From NCBI RefSeq assembly GCF_006345805.1, contig NC_043003.1, positions 71,982,001 through 72,046,000 of the forward strand: a stretch of DNA of 64,000 nt, written 5' to 3'. This DNA comes from Octopus sinensis (taxonomy: Eukaryota). Under the pieces are notes generated by a model. The model ran no database searches. It saw nothing but the letters and a program-made list of their open reading frames with translations, and was not told the DNA's origin. How positions within the stretch are numbered: position 1 is the first letter of the stretch; each line of letters begins with the position of its first letter. Of this stretch, positions 1 to 12,290 are shown in pieces. The position numbers were made by a program, and so were the translations under genes.

Positions 1-90
1 GACATAGTAAAAGATAAAATGAGAAATAAAATAATAAGTTATCCTATTCCATTAGATTTCTTATATTTATTTTTCGAGTTGGTATTATTA

Positions 91-320
91 GACGGTGAGC
101 TTTTAAATTGTTAGCACCCCGGAGAAAGTGCTAAGCGGTATTTCGTCTGACGCTAGGTTCTGAGTTCAAATTCCGCCGAGGTTGACTTTGCCTTTCATCC
201 TTTCGGGGTCGATTAAATAAGTACCAGTTACGCACTGGGGTCGATGTAATCGACTTAATCCGTTTGTCTGTCCTTGTTTGTCCTCTCTGTGTTTAGCCCC
301 TTATGGGTAGTAAAGAAATA
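91..320 (+). mobile_element. tRNA-derived SINE (family B here), followed by a second partial copy to ~455
   Basis: Head gacggtgagc...ctaagcggtatttcg, B-box-like ctgagttcaaattcc, body gactttgcctttcatcctttcggggtcgat, tail gtttagcccc...aaagaaata. Near-identical to the reverse complement of 14442-14674. Confidence 0.85.
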
Positions 321-946
321 GGTATTTCGTCTGTCTTTACATTTTGAGCTCAAACTCCTTTGCGGTTGACTTTGTCTTTCATCCTATCAACTAGTGTGGT
401 CGATTAAATTGACTTACTCCACTCCCATACAATTTCAGGACATGTACCAATAGTAGATGTAAGTGTTTGTTTATGATAATTAGAAAAACAAATAGAATAA
501 TTTAAATGCTGGCATTTAATAGCAATCTTATGTTTCATATTATTAAAGAACTTGGATCACGTTTATAATCTTCGCGAGTAGATTAAAATATAATTCTTCC
601 ATCTTACTGATATATTGTGTGGATTTTAGAGGAGATCATTCCAAGTTCTTTGTAAAGTTCTTCCACTTTACACTAAAAATGTATTTCGCAACAGAGGTTG
701 AGGCTTTCAAGTTTCCATTAGAAAATAAGTGAAATGTAAATATATTTCTTTAAAAATATTGCAGAAGATCCAATGAATCAAATAAAAAATTCATTTTGAA
801 ACTTCAAAATAAGGCAATATTTAGCGCAGTGTGTAAACAGGTGATGGGACTGGCCTGTTTCATCGATTGATATGCTTAAAATGTAGCCAAACTGCCCTCA
901 CGTCACAACTTGCCCTCTTAGACACTGAGAATAACATAGTCTAGTG

Positions 947-1144
947 CAGTGGTTCCCAAACTATGAGTCGCGACCCACAGATGGGTCGCGAACGGAATCT
1001 TTGTGGGTCGCAAAAAGTTATAAAATTACGCATTAGCTTTGATTAACTGCTGTCTATCGAGATAGTTCATTAGAATTAAGTGGGTCGTCATAAACTGGTG
1101 TGATAAATTGTGGGTCGCGACTCTGAAAAGTTTGGGAACCACTG
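947..1144. mobile_element. hAT (Charlie/Buster-type) MITE, 198 bp
   Basis: Perfect 16-bp TIR CAGTGGTTCCCAAACT / AGTTTGGGAACCACTG. Identical 8-bp TSD gtctagtg at 939-946 and 1145-1152. Subterminal tgggtcgc motifs repeated. Confidence 0.95.
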
Positions 1145-1519
1145 GTCTAGTGGATGCAATTTCTGAAAAGAAAAAAAAAGACAGAATAATCATAGCTGAA
1201 ATCTCTTTGATATCATCTCTTAACGAGAGCCAAATAGAATATTTTTTATTACATCGATTTGTTTTGCAATGGACTGGCTTTTGTTTCCTCAATTCTTTAA
1301 TTTGTCAGGGATATGTTTTCAAAAGTCAGAATCGACCGATTGAGAAAACGGAATTAAGAATGCACCTAAAATGTATATGAGAAACAGCTGTATGTCTACG
1401 GTGCACAAATACATGTGTACAGCCTGTTATTTATGCATTTTCTTACATAGACACGCGCGCATGCACACATACATACGTACACACACACACACACACTAAT
1501 ACATGTGTATGTATGTATA

Positions 1520-1947
1520 AGTGCAAGTATGAATGTATGATTAAGAAGCTCGCTCTGCAATCGCGGAGTTTCGGGTTCAGTCCTACAGTGCGGCACTTAA
1601 GGCAATTGCCTTATACTTTTGCTTCAGGCTGACTAATACTTTGTCAGTAAATTTGGGCGACGGAATCTAAGAGTCTGTCGTATACATACATACATACATA
1701 CATACATACATACATACATACATACATGCGCGCACACACATATAGAAAGAGAGATTAAAATGTGTGTTTTCACACGCGTGTGTGTGGATGTTTGTGTCTA
1801 TCGTGTGTTTTTCGTCACTTCTACTTTTTGACAAGTAAGCGGCGGCTCTGAAAAAGACGGATGGAACAACTACCAGACAAAACCCGTCAAGTTGTGTCCC
1901 AGAATGGTTGCTGTCCAGTAACTGAAACAAGTAAAAGATAAAAGATA
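1520..1947 (+). mobile_element. Degenerate SINE family A (head + internal (TACA)n + tail)
   Basis: Head gggttcagtcc...gcggcact and tail ctgaaacaagtaaaagataaaag resemble the copies at 27721-28131 and 19820-20087. Confidence 0.6.
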
Positions 1948-2439
1948 TGTGCGTGCGCATGTGTGTATCCATGTGTATTTGGTAAAGTCTAAAATAAGTA
2001 AAGTATTCAACTGTAAAAGTGAAATGGAGTACGAGAATGGTGATCTTGCCTTTTCATATCCTCAGAATAATGTCCGTTGCAATAGCATTTTACTTGTTTT
2101 CAAAATAGGTTCTACACATGTTTTGCTATCATGAGATGTCCTGGAAGTATATTTAGTTGAGTGTAAATGTTTGGCAGCAAAGAGAGAAAAATGAAGTTGA
2201 ATAAGAAATCAATAGGTCCAAATGACTGAACGAAATGTCTGCACGTGAATTTCACCGAAGACAAAATTAATCTGAATCCACTAGGCATGAAAAAGCTGCC
2301 AAGATCTAAGCATTAGAAGAATCGCTTTGAAGGTCAGTTTCCAGAGCAAAGGTGTAGGAAAGTGTACAAGCTTTGTCATGGCTTAAGTGTTACAAGTGCT
2401 TCTGTAAGTGTTACAAGTGATTCTGAACAAATGCAGTAC

Positions 2440-2990
2440 GGATTACAACCTCTATAAAGTTGTATTACTACAATCACCACTAAATTATTTCCTTTCAACT
2501 AATAGTGAATTGTTCCATTAAGACCATCACCTAATTGATTTAATACCACCACTGAGCTGTTTTAAATCAAGTAGCAATAGATTGGTAATTAGGCACACTT
2601 CTAAGATCAGATCACCATAGCTGTGAGCTGCTTTTATAATAACCACAACTTAGCTGTGCTGTTACGGCCATTGTTTGGCGCTTTTATTACAAACACCACT
2701 GAAATATCTCGTTGCAAACGATACTATGTTGTGTCACTACAGCTGTGAATGAAATCTCACTTCAACTACCAACAGTGTCTCATTACAACCACAGCTGGCC
2801 AATGTCATTAAAATATTACTGAGTTGCTTCCTTACAACCTCATTACAACCAGCTTTTAGCTACAATTTGTCATTGGAAGCATTTGTCATTACAACCATGG
2901 GCGTAGGTCCATTATTACAACCACAACAGGTTACGTCAGAGCAGCACCAAGTGAAATATCATTGCAGTCGCTACTGGAGATCAGGTTAGG
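2440..2990. repeat. Degenerate short-period minisatellite (cattacaacca-like motif)
   Basis: Recurring tcattacaacca / accactga / acagctg motifs spaced roughly 27-60 bp apart. Confidence 0.45.
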
Positions 2991-3365
2991 TAACTGTTGT
3001 GCTTATTGAACGAAAAACAGGGGTCCATGTCTGTACTCCTACTTACAGACAAAAAGTTTGTCCTTTTCGTTAATGGCATGTTAACATACAAGAATTCTTG
3101 AATCTTAAAATTATCTCTCCTTCTCGGAGGTGATCATAATTGCAAGTTAGTATTGTATGGTTTCTTTTGTTTGCATATCCCAGCTCGTTAATCGATTTAA
3201 CAAGTCTACTAATTAACGAAATGATCATAACCGAGTAAATATGTAATACTTTCATTTTCATTCCATTTTTGACGTCTATACATACATACATACATACATA
3301 CATACATACATACATACATACAAACACATACATACACACATACATACATACATACATACATACAT

Positions 3366-4104
3366 CAACGCGAAGCGACAAGTTGCGTATTTGGCGTGGG
3401 AGACTATCGAAAATACAATGAATACTACTTCCAGCTTTGGAGCCACAACTGTCAGCCTTGTTAAATAACTGGTTAATCTTCAGATAAATTAGCTGAGGGA
3501 GCCTTTTATTCACGATCGTAGTGATTTTCGATTGAAACTTGAATTTACCATGTAGAGAGTTACTACAATCAAACATGGGCAGACACAACATCAGCAACAA
3601 CACACCGAGGAACAGAACGCAAACAACAGTTCGACAGGGAAACAAATTCTTTCTAGCTGTAGTTATAGAAGAAACCGTAATTAAAAAAACCCATTTGCTT
3701 GGAGTTATGAATTGAATTCTGATTTATTTAACTGCTACAAAAGAGCGAACCAAAACCCCGCTTTTTGGATATATGAATCGATTGAAATCATATTTCGTCG
3801 ACCTGCATCCAGAATTAAATAATTTTACTGCGAAGCAACTACTCCAAGAAGCAACATTTGTGGAACATAAAAAGAAATTTAGTGACTGTAACTTTATTTA
3901 AAAACAGACCTGAAATTAACATTCTTCCCAACATTATGAACGAAAACGTAAATGGTATGAGAACACAACGTGGTTTCGCAGTTAGCGACATTCCAACAAA
4001 TTCTATACTGCCTGCCAGCCAAACTACATTACTGACTAAAATAACTGACCAATGTCCTCCTACTATGACTATGATAAATAGAAGACACAACCGTAACAAT
4101 TATT

Positions 4105-4146
<42 letters not shown>

Positions 4147-7110
4147 AGGATTCTATATTGTGGAAATATGCCCTTGCTGAAATAATTTTGGCTTTGAAGT
4201 ACTCTCACGAGAAGAAGGCAGTCTCTACCAAAGTAAGTAAAAAGCCACCAGATGCGGTATTAAAAGTTGTTAATGAAATTGTAGAGGAGTATTTACAGCA
4301 GTGTAATGAATCTACATTCTGGCAGATTAACGCCTGTCTATATACCCAGTCTACTACTGCAAAGCAGTACATGAACGACATTCAAAAAGTGAACAAAACC
4401 GAAACAACAAAGCAAGTACCATCATAGGTTTTGAAGATAGAGAGAAAGGTATCTGATTTACGGAAGACCATCAGTCATGTGATGATGATTATTACGTGCA
4501 AACAAGTAAATCACTATACGTCTCAACAACAAAAACTGAAGAAGGATACAGAAGTGATGTTTGGAGATTGCAGAAAGGGGACACTCACTTGCAAACTAGT
4601 CACACTCAAACAGGAGCTAAAAGCTGTCAGTGAGAAACCTAGATACCAGAAGAGAATAACTGTTAAAAAATAATAAACTAAAAAATTTAACCGGAACCTG
4701 GCAGCCGTATACAGTGGCATGAGAGGAGAAGCAGTGACCATCACAGAAGCTCCTTAACAGGAAGACAGACTCCTTCTGGAAGGAAGAAAAAGAGTTTAAA
4801 CAAGTTACTCTGTGACTGGAAAAAATTCGAAGAAGTTATTGTCCCCGCATTACACCTATACAGTATTGATGGTTTTATTCTTGTAACTGTGATGGAACTT
4901 CAGGATGGAAAAGCACCTGGAAGAGACTTCATTGTTGGATATTGCTACAAGAAACTAACCTTCTATCGACCATATCTTATCAACTTATACCAGCAAGCTC
5001 TCAATGGGAACAATAGCATAGCACACTAGTTAGCTCTAGCACAGACAAAACTGATCCCAAATGCAGAACCACCCACATGGCAATAAATTAACGGCCAATT
5101 GCATGTCAGAACTTAATGTATAAAATATGTACAGCATGTTTAAACCTCTTCCTTCAAGACCATCGAGAATGCAATAACATCATCACAGTAGAGCAAGCAG
5201 CTGGGAAGAAGGGAGTCTGGGGATGTGCCGAGCAATTGTTAATAAACAAAACCTTAATGTCAAAGGTACGGGAGCATAGAATGGACCTAGTTTCAATGTG
5301 ATTAAACTACAAGAAAGCCTTTATCTCTGTTCCTCACTCTAGGATGCTAGAAGCCCTTCAACTTGCTAAAGTTCCAGTGGGCATAGTCAGAGCCATAGCT
5401 GATCTGACTTCATCATAGGCCACAGGGAATTACTGTATTATCACTGATAGAATACAGTATTGCAAAGGCATTTTCTATGGGGACAGCCTCTCTCTGATGG
5501 TGTTTATAATTTCTGTAAACCCCTTGTAATTCATGTTAAGGAAGTCTAAAGGATATCTAACTGGTTCACAAGGAAACAGAAATACCAAAATTACTGTTTC
5601 TTTGTGGACGACTTGAAACTACATGCAAAGAATGTGCATGAGATGAAAGAGCTTTGGTTTAGTTACAAATCCTCAGAGGATATATCCTGGAATTTTGTCA
5701 GGAGAAATGTTGCTATATGGTTGTGAAAAAAAGGGAGAATTTTAAACTAGACTAGCAACATCTCCATCAATGACTTAACTGTTTCCCCTATATCTGATGA
5801 GAAATGCTGTAGGTGTATAGGAGTGACGCTAGTAGAAAAAAACACCTGTCACTAAAGAATATTGCAGCCGAATAAAGAAACTTTGTACCTCAGAACTTTC
5901 TGCATTCAATAAAATAGTGACCCACAATGTGTTTATAGTGCCAGTACTCATATCGACATTCGAGCTGCTTGAGTGGATGCTTGGTGAGATGCGAGCCATT
6001 GATGTGAAAACCCGGAAGCACACATAAATTCCACATCAACAGTGACGTAGACCGCTTCTACTTTAAAGGAAAACAAGGTCACAGAGACTTTGAATGTCGT
6101 ATCATGTTCCTTCGGCAATATTTTTTTTATCCACTAAGTGTCGAAGTGCATCTCTTGACCAAGTTTTCATACATGAGGCTGATAACATCGTAATACTTGG
6201 AAGGCAGCTCTCTGGCCAGCATTCCTTGCCTGATAACCTTAAATACCTGCCAAAAGAAATCACTTGACTCTACTGCTTCATATCATCAAATGAAAGTATG
6301 AGCGTATATGAGCAGAAGACCCCATGCATGGATATGTTAGTAGAAAGCTCTGAGATGATAGTAGCATTGATCATCAAAGCAGTCTGTCATGAAGCAACAA
6401 CCGGATTACTACCTCCTACTCTGAAGGGTATGCGTTTGAAATTCAGGAACAGGAAATATCAACCAAATACCTGATGCACAAAAGGGAGGGAGATGCAGGA
6501 AAAGCAGTAAAATGTAACAACCGAAGCAGACTTTGTGGAGTTAACATCGAAGATATCTTCCATATCATAAGCAGTTGTCCGAAAATTTCATCACGGTATT
6601 ATCTACCGATGAGACATGATGTAGCTAGGACAGTATATAATGAAATACGTCCGAAGGATAACCCCGACGTACAGTATGATAGAAGCCATAGCCACTTAAA
6701 ATAAAATGGAGTACTGGTGGAATGTCCCAATGAAAACCTCAATATGATGTAAACACAATAAAGGTGATATAATGATTTGGGATCGAAAACAGGAACTGTG
6801 TACAGTTGTGCAAATTAGCTGCCCAGGAGATGTTAACATGAAGCTGAAGATCAGTGATAAAGAGAATACTTACACTGAACTATTGAGAAATCTACAGTTA
6901 CTCTATCCAGATTACGGGTTACATATCTCAATTCTGGGGGCATTGGGATATGTAACACACTGCCTAAGAATCAAACTTGAGAAATTAGGCTTTTCAAAAC
7001 AAGAAAGGAGAAAGCTAATTCGAAGACTGCAAATCTAAGCCATCACTGGAACTGTAAAAATCTGTAAAACTTTCCAGAGGTTTTCCATCTAAGTATACAC
7101 GAACATGTCT
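3366..7110 (+). mobile_element. Decayed RLE-type non-LTR retrotransposon (R4/Dong-like)
   Basis: RT motifs across frameshifts: RPIACxNLMYKICTACL, EQAAGKKGVWGCAEQLLINK, LNYKKAF, GIFYGDSLS, FVDDLKL. C-terminal CCHC knuckle (RLCGVNIEDIFHIISSCP...RH) and RLE-like HNKGDIMIWD...VQISCPGD...KENTY. Many stops. Confidence 0.8.
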
Positions 7111-7214
7111 AAATATGAAAGAATATGCATGATAATACACACACAAAACAAAACAAACATACAAAACTGCACGTTTACATACATACACATACACACACAC
7201 TTACATATATACAA

Positions 7215-7780
7215 TTAATAATATCAGGGTAATAAATATTTTAGAAATTTTTACTACCAGTGGCCTAGCGTATAGAAAAATTAGTCAATAGACTATATAT
7301 TATTCATATAAAATACAGTGTACATTTAAACACATTAAGAGGTTTCAATCATAGGAATCCTTTACGCTAGAGAGAACAGCTAAAGTCTAAACCACTAATT
7401 AGGGATAAATTCTAGAAGGGAATGAAAAATAAAAACATTTACCATCTCTTTCTTGGACCATGGTTTCTGACTTATTCTAGTAAATAAAATAATTTACTAT
7501 GGCGAAGTCTTCATCAACAGGGACGCCAAGATTAAATATATAAACACAAAGCCAATCCAGCAAGTGCCTCTTGCTTAAATATTTTAATTTTTTCCAAATC
7601 CACCGAGGAAGCGCAGTCTATCTTGTCGGCAGCAAAAAAAGAAAAAGATGCCGGCCATTTCTTCGAACGAATCTACCAGAAATCATTATAGATAATTAAT
7701 AATATCAGAATAATACAGAGTTTGGAAATTTTAGAAGTCTTCATCAACACGGACGCCAAGATTATATATATAAACACGTT
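7215..7780 (-). repeat. PLE pseudo-LTR-like repeat, partial tandem, carrying an HHR
   Basis: 7215-7475 is homologous to 56720-56983. Segment gaagtcttcatcaaca.ggacgccaagatta is duplicated at 7504-7547 and 7734-7777. Confidence 0.65.
7452..7521 (-). ncRNA. Type I hammerhead-like motif with long stem II (C3->U variant)
   Basis: Minus strand: CCTG TTGATGA AGACTT...tagtaaat tatttt atttacta...AAGTCA GAAA CCATGG TC CAAG. Stem III is the palindrome ACCATGGT, with a GUC triplet. Stem I pairs 3 of 4. Confidence 0.6.
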
Positions 7781-8509
7781 CCTGTTTTCTTCTTAATCAT
7801 CAAATATAGTCTTTTCTTCAGTGTTCAACCGCAAATTGTTTCCTCGTCTTTTCTCTCTTTCGTTTTCTCTCTGTACCCACTTCGACGGCTTTCGTTTTTT
7901 ATACTTCTGTTATTACTTTCTCCGGCCATTTCTGTTATATAACCTTCAGCCTTTTCACCAGTGATATCAATTTCCTAATTTTAAATAGTTTTCCATTATT
8001 CACACTGTTTTTTTAAATTTTAAATACCACATTCCTACAAGCTTCCCTTTCACTTCACACTTACACATGCCACATCCTTCTCTTCTCCGCGCGTTCTTCT
8101 CAATACAACATAAATACACATATATACCCTCTTCCCACATCCCTCTATCCAACGTCGCAAAACTCCCACACATGCACACCCCCACATATATACAAACAAC
8201 CAAATAAACCACAGGCACTTATACCATTGCATACATTTATGTCCATTTCTATACACGACTACCCTTCTATACATACACACACAATCGCCTTCTCTTTTCA
8301 TCTTAAATTCCCACCAACCATAGAACTGTATTTGCACCAGGATCCTAGCCACTGTTTTTTTTTCCACCAAACACTGTTTGTCATTATTTATTATATCTGT
8401 TGAAGAGTCCGAAACGTCAAAGCTCCCTTTCTTGTTAAGCGTTAAACAAACATAACTTTACTTAAAATTTGTCTATTTCGGATTGTCTTCTTGTGCTCGT
8501 TGCCTCATA

Positions 8510-9010
8510 TGTGACAAATTGGAGGATATACCAGATTATTTTCCTTTTCCTAATTTTCTTGGGGTGAGGAGAGGGTGTTTGGAGTTCTTCCACATACATG
8601 AGCTTCTCAGAAAATTTCACTCCTTGCCAAAGCATTGCTGTAGTGGGGGACGGCTCTATTAAAGATTTCCATGTTGACTGAGAGTTTAGACATCCGTTTG
8701 CTAATGCCTGAAATTAGCTTTCTAATTACAGCTGGGAGAAGGGGTTGAGCTCTTGTAGATATATACCGTCTTTTTGCTAGACTTCCTGAAGGGGTAGTAA
8801 TTGTCCGTGTTCAGGGCTAAGGTTACGTGCAAGAAATCGACATCAGGTTAGTAGTAACCGTTAAGGACAGGCCAAACTTTTTGAATATGTTTATCAACTC
8901 CTTCCAGAAACTGTCCATGGCATGGCCATTCATATGGTTTCAGGTAACCAGGCCATCGTCCCTACAAAGGGCCGACCTAAGTGGATGTTTTTGTTGAATT
9001 TTCTATCATG
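8510..9010 (-). mobile_element. Penelope-like RT C-terminal fragment
   Basis: Minus-strand translation across frameshifts gives NIHLG...MA, INIFKKFGLSLTVTTN, DFLHVTL and KIRKRKIIWY, typical of PLE RT/thumb. Confidence 0.7.
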
Positions 9011-9202
9011 GAACAGTACATTGCACACACACACACATAATATATATATATATATATATACACGCACGCACACACAAACACACATGTATATCCATCCATG
9101 CATCCATCCATGCATCCATCCATGCATCCAACTATCTATCTATCTATATACATATATATATGTACCTTCGTATATGAATATGTTGAAGTGTATATATGAT
9201 TA

Positions 9203-9276
<74 letters not shown>

Positions 9277-10067
9277 TGTGTGTGCTTGTGAGTGTGTGAA
9301 TGTACGTGAATAGATTGATGGATAGGTTGATTGATTGATTGATTGAGTGAGTGATAGTCTATCACATATCTTATATATGAATCCGTTTGTTTTTGTAAGT
9401 TAATGTGTGAAGTGTTAGGTCCCCAGTAATACATTTCATTATGGAAACTGAAATGAATGAATATCAGATCTCCAGTCCAGTAATCCTGAAGTGGTTGATG
9501 ACCGGATCTCTAGACTGTTTACATTGTTAGCAGATGATTGTTAGGTTCCAGAAAACAAGAATTGAACTGGATGGTTCCCAGTATCAATTTTCCTGGAGTG
9601 GAAAATACTATAGTATTGAAACAATAATCTTAAAATTCTTGTAATGGCATTCGTGAGCCAGGTGGTGTTGTAGGTTGGGTGGATTGTTAAGCATAGAATT
9701 GGCAGGCCAACTGTTGAAATACTTCAACATCAATCTATGGAAAAACAGTGCCGCTTGCATCTGTACATATAGCTGTTATTTTATTGTCTTTCTTCTTTTG
9801 ATTTCAATATATATCCACCCGCCACATGCACACCCCTTCACACTTTGAAGGAAGTCAAAAGATAAACAGGAATAAAACTAAGCAGCAAAAATAACAACAA
9901 TAAAAAGAGTTAAAAGATAAAGAGATTGTTGATTTTCTGCCAGTGGAGGGAGAGGATTTGACATACCAAAGTGTTCTTCTTTAGTTTTATATTTTCAGGC
10001 ACTGGTTGCCAAGAAATAAAAACAGTTCCGTACAAACGCAAAACCTAAAGGCATATACACATATTTC

Positions 10068-10990
<923 letters not shown>

Positions 10991-12063
10991 TCCAAAATGT
11001 ATGCTTATCATGTACGAAAAAGAAATTAAGATAAGGAGACCACCAGAAGGAATGTGAATGATTTTTAAATACGTACATGTAGTTTTGTTCACTTATACTT
11101 TCATTAACATAAGTATTTATTGGCTCTAAATATAATTCGAAATGTATAAATGATTACATACACTTATTCAAAGTGAAGTACATTCTCCCTCTCATGCGTG
11201 TTGTAAGTGTATATTTATATAAACATTCCCCCACCCACACATTTGGAGTAAGTAAGTGCTTGAGGGAATGAGTAGACATTAAGAAACACAATTTTAAACG
11301 TCATTCGATTTCAATTTTACGATAAATCCGGCTTTCCTTTCACTACTGAGTCACAAACTCAGTAAGTGTTCCGTAGGTATTCTTAAGCGAGCTTTAGAAT
11401 AATAACCGTAGTTTTATACAAATACACGCACACGTACACATTTGCAGAGAACACGTACGCAGATACCTGCAGAAAAAGCGTTAATTTATGTAGTCAGATC
11501 ATAAAGTCTGAGTATTCTTTAATAGAGTATAACTGAGCTTCATATATCGTTACTAGTGCACTAAGTCTGGCGTGCAAGCATGAAAATCAATTGCACTGAA
11601 TCATTTTCTAAAAGGAAGGCGAGAAAAGGTGATTTAGTATTGTAAACGTAAGAAAGCAAACCCATGACTTCTAAATAATGCTTAATATCTGGAATATGAA
11701 AGTGAAATTGGAAAAGAAACTCGTGTTCCCAAACCATATTGGAAAATGGAAGCAGAGAACAGACCTTATGGCATAAAGATAATTTGAAAAGCAACTCTTA
11801 AGGACTCATCTAAGGTACAGTGGTGATAGAATATGCTTCTTTAAGTGTAGATGAGATGTGGTTGGTGGCACTGCCATGGAATACTTATCGAAGGAACCCT
11901 AAGGTCGGAAACTGTCAAAATCTGGATCTCCGGTTACCAGTTGATTAAAGCAAAGCAAAGCATCGCTGTGAAAACAGTACCAGTATGAAAACTGTAACGT
12001 ATGAGCGTGTACATGTGTGCTTGCGCCCGCGTGCTCGCATGAATATCACACACACACACACAC

Positions 12064-12103
<40 letters not shown>

Positions 12104-12290
12104 CCTGAAAACTGGAAATTATGTAGTGACCGTTAGGTGGTCCCTATTGATGTCTCTTTACTGAACTTTTGGCTATCCGCGAATATCCTCAAAATTTGCC
12201 GGAGCATACTTATAACCATTAAAAGGAGACCGTTTTGCAGAAATGCGGTTAAATAATAATAGCTGGCGAAAAAAAAAAATCACTCTAAAG

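Noticed and set aside
845-905. Minus-strand GAAACAGGCCAGTC resembling HHR stem III
   Set aside because: No CUGANGA-like core at a suitable position upstream.
3070-3645. 191-aa minus-strand ORF
   Set aside because: Antisense to the LINE 5' region and extended through (TACA)n. No recognisable domain.
8397-8422. ctgttgaagagtccgaaacgtcaaag hammerhead-like string
   Set aside because: A6 is mutated and neither stem II nor stem I pairs. Probably a relic, but not supportable as an HHR.
9420-9790. Possible upstream part of the PLE at 8510-9010
   Set aside because: Only faint similarity by eye (PGK..LGTI). Needs tBLASTn.
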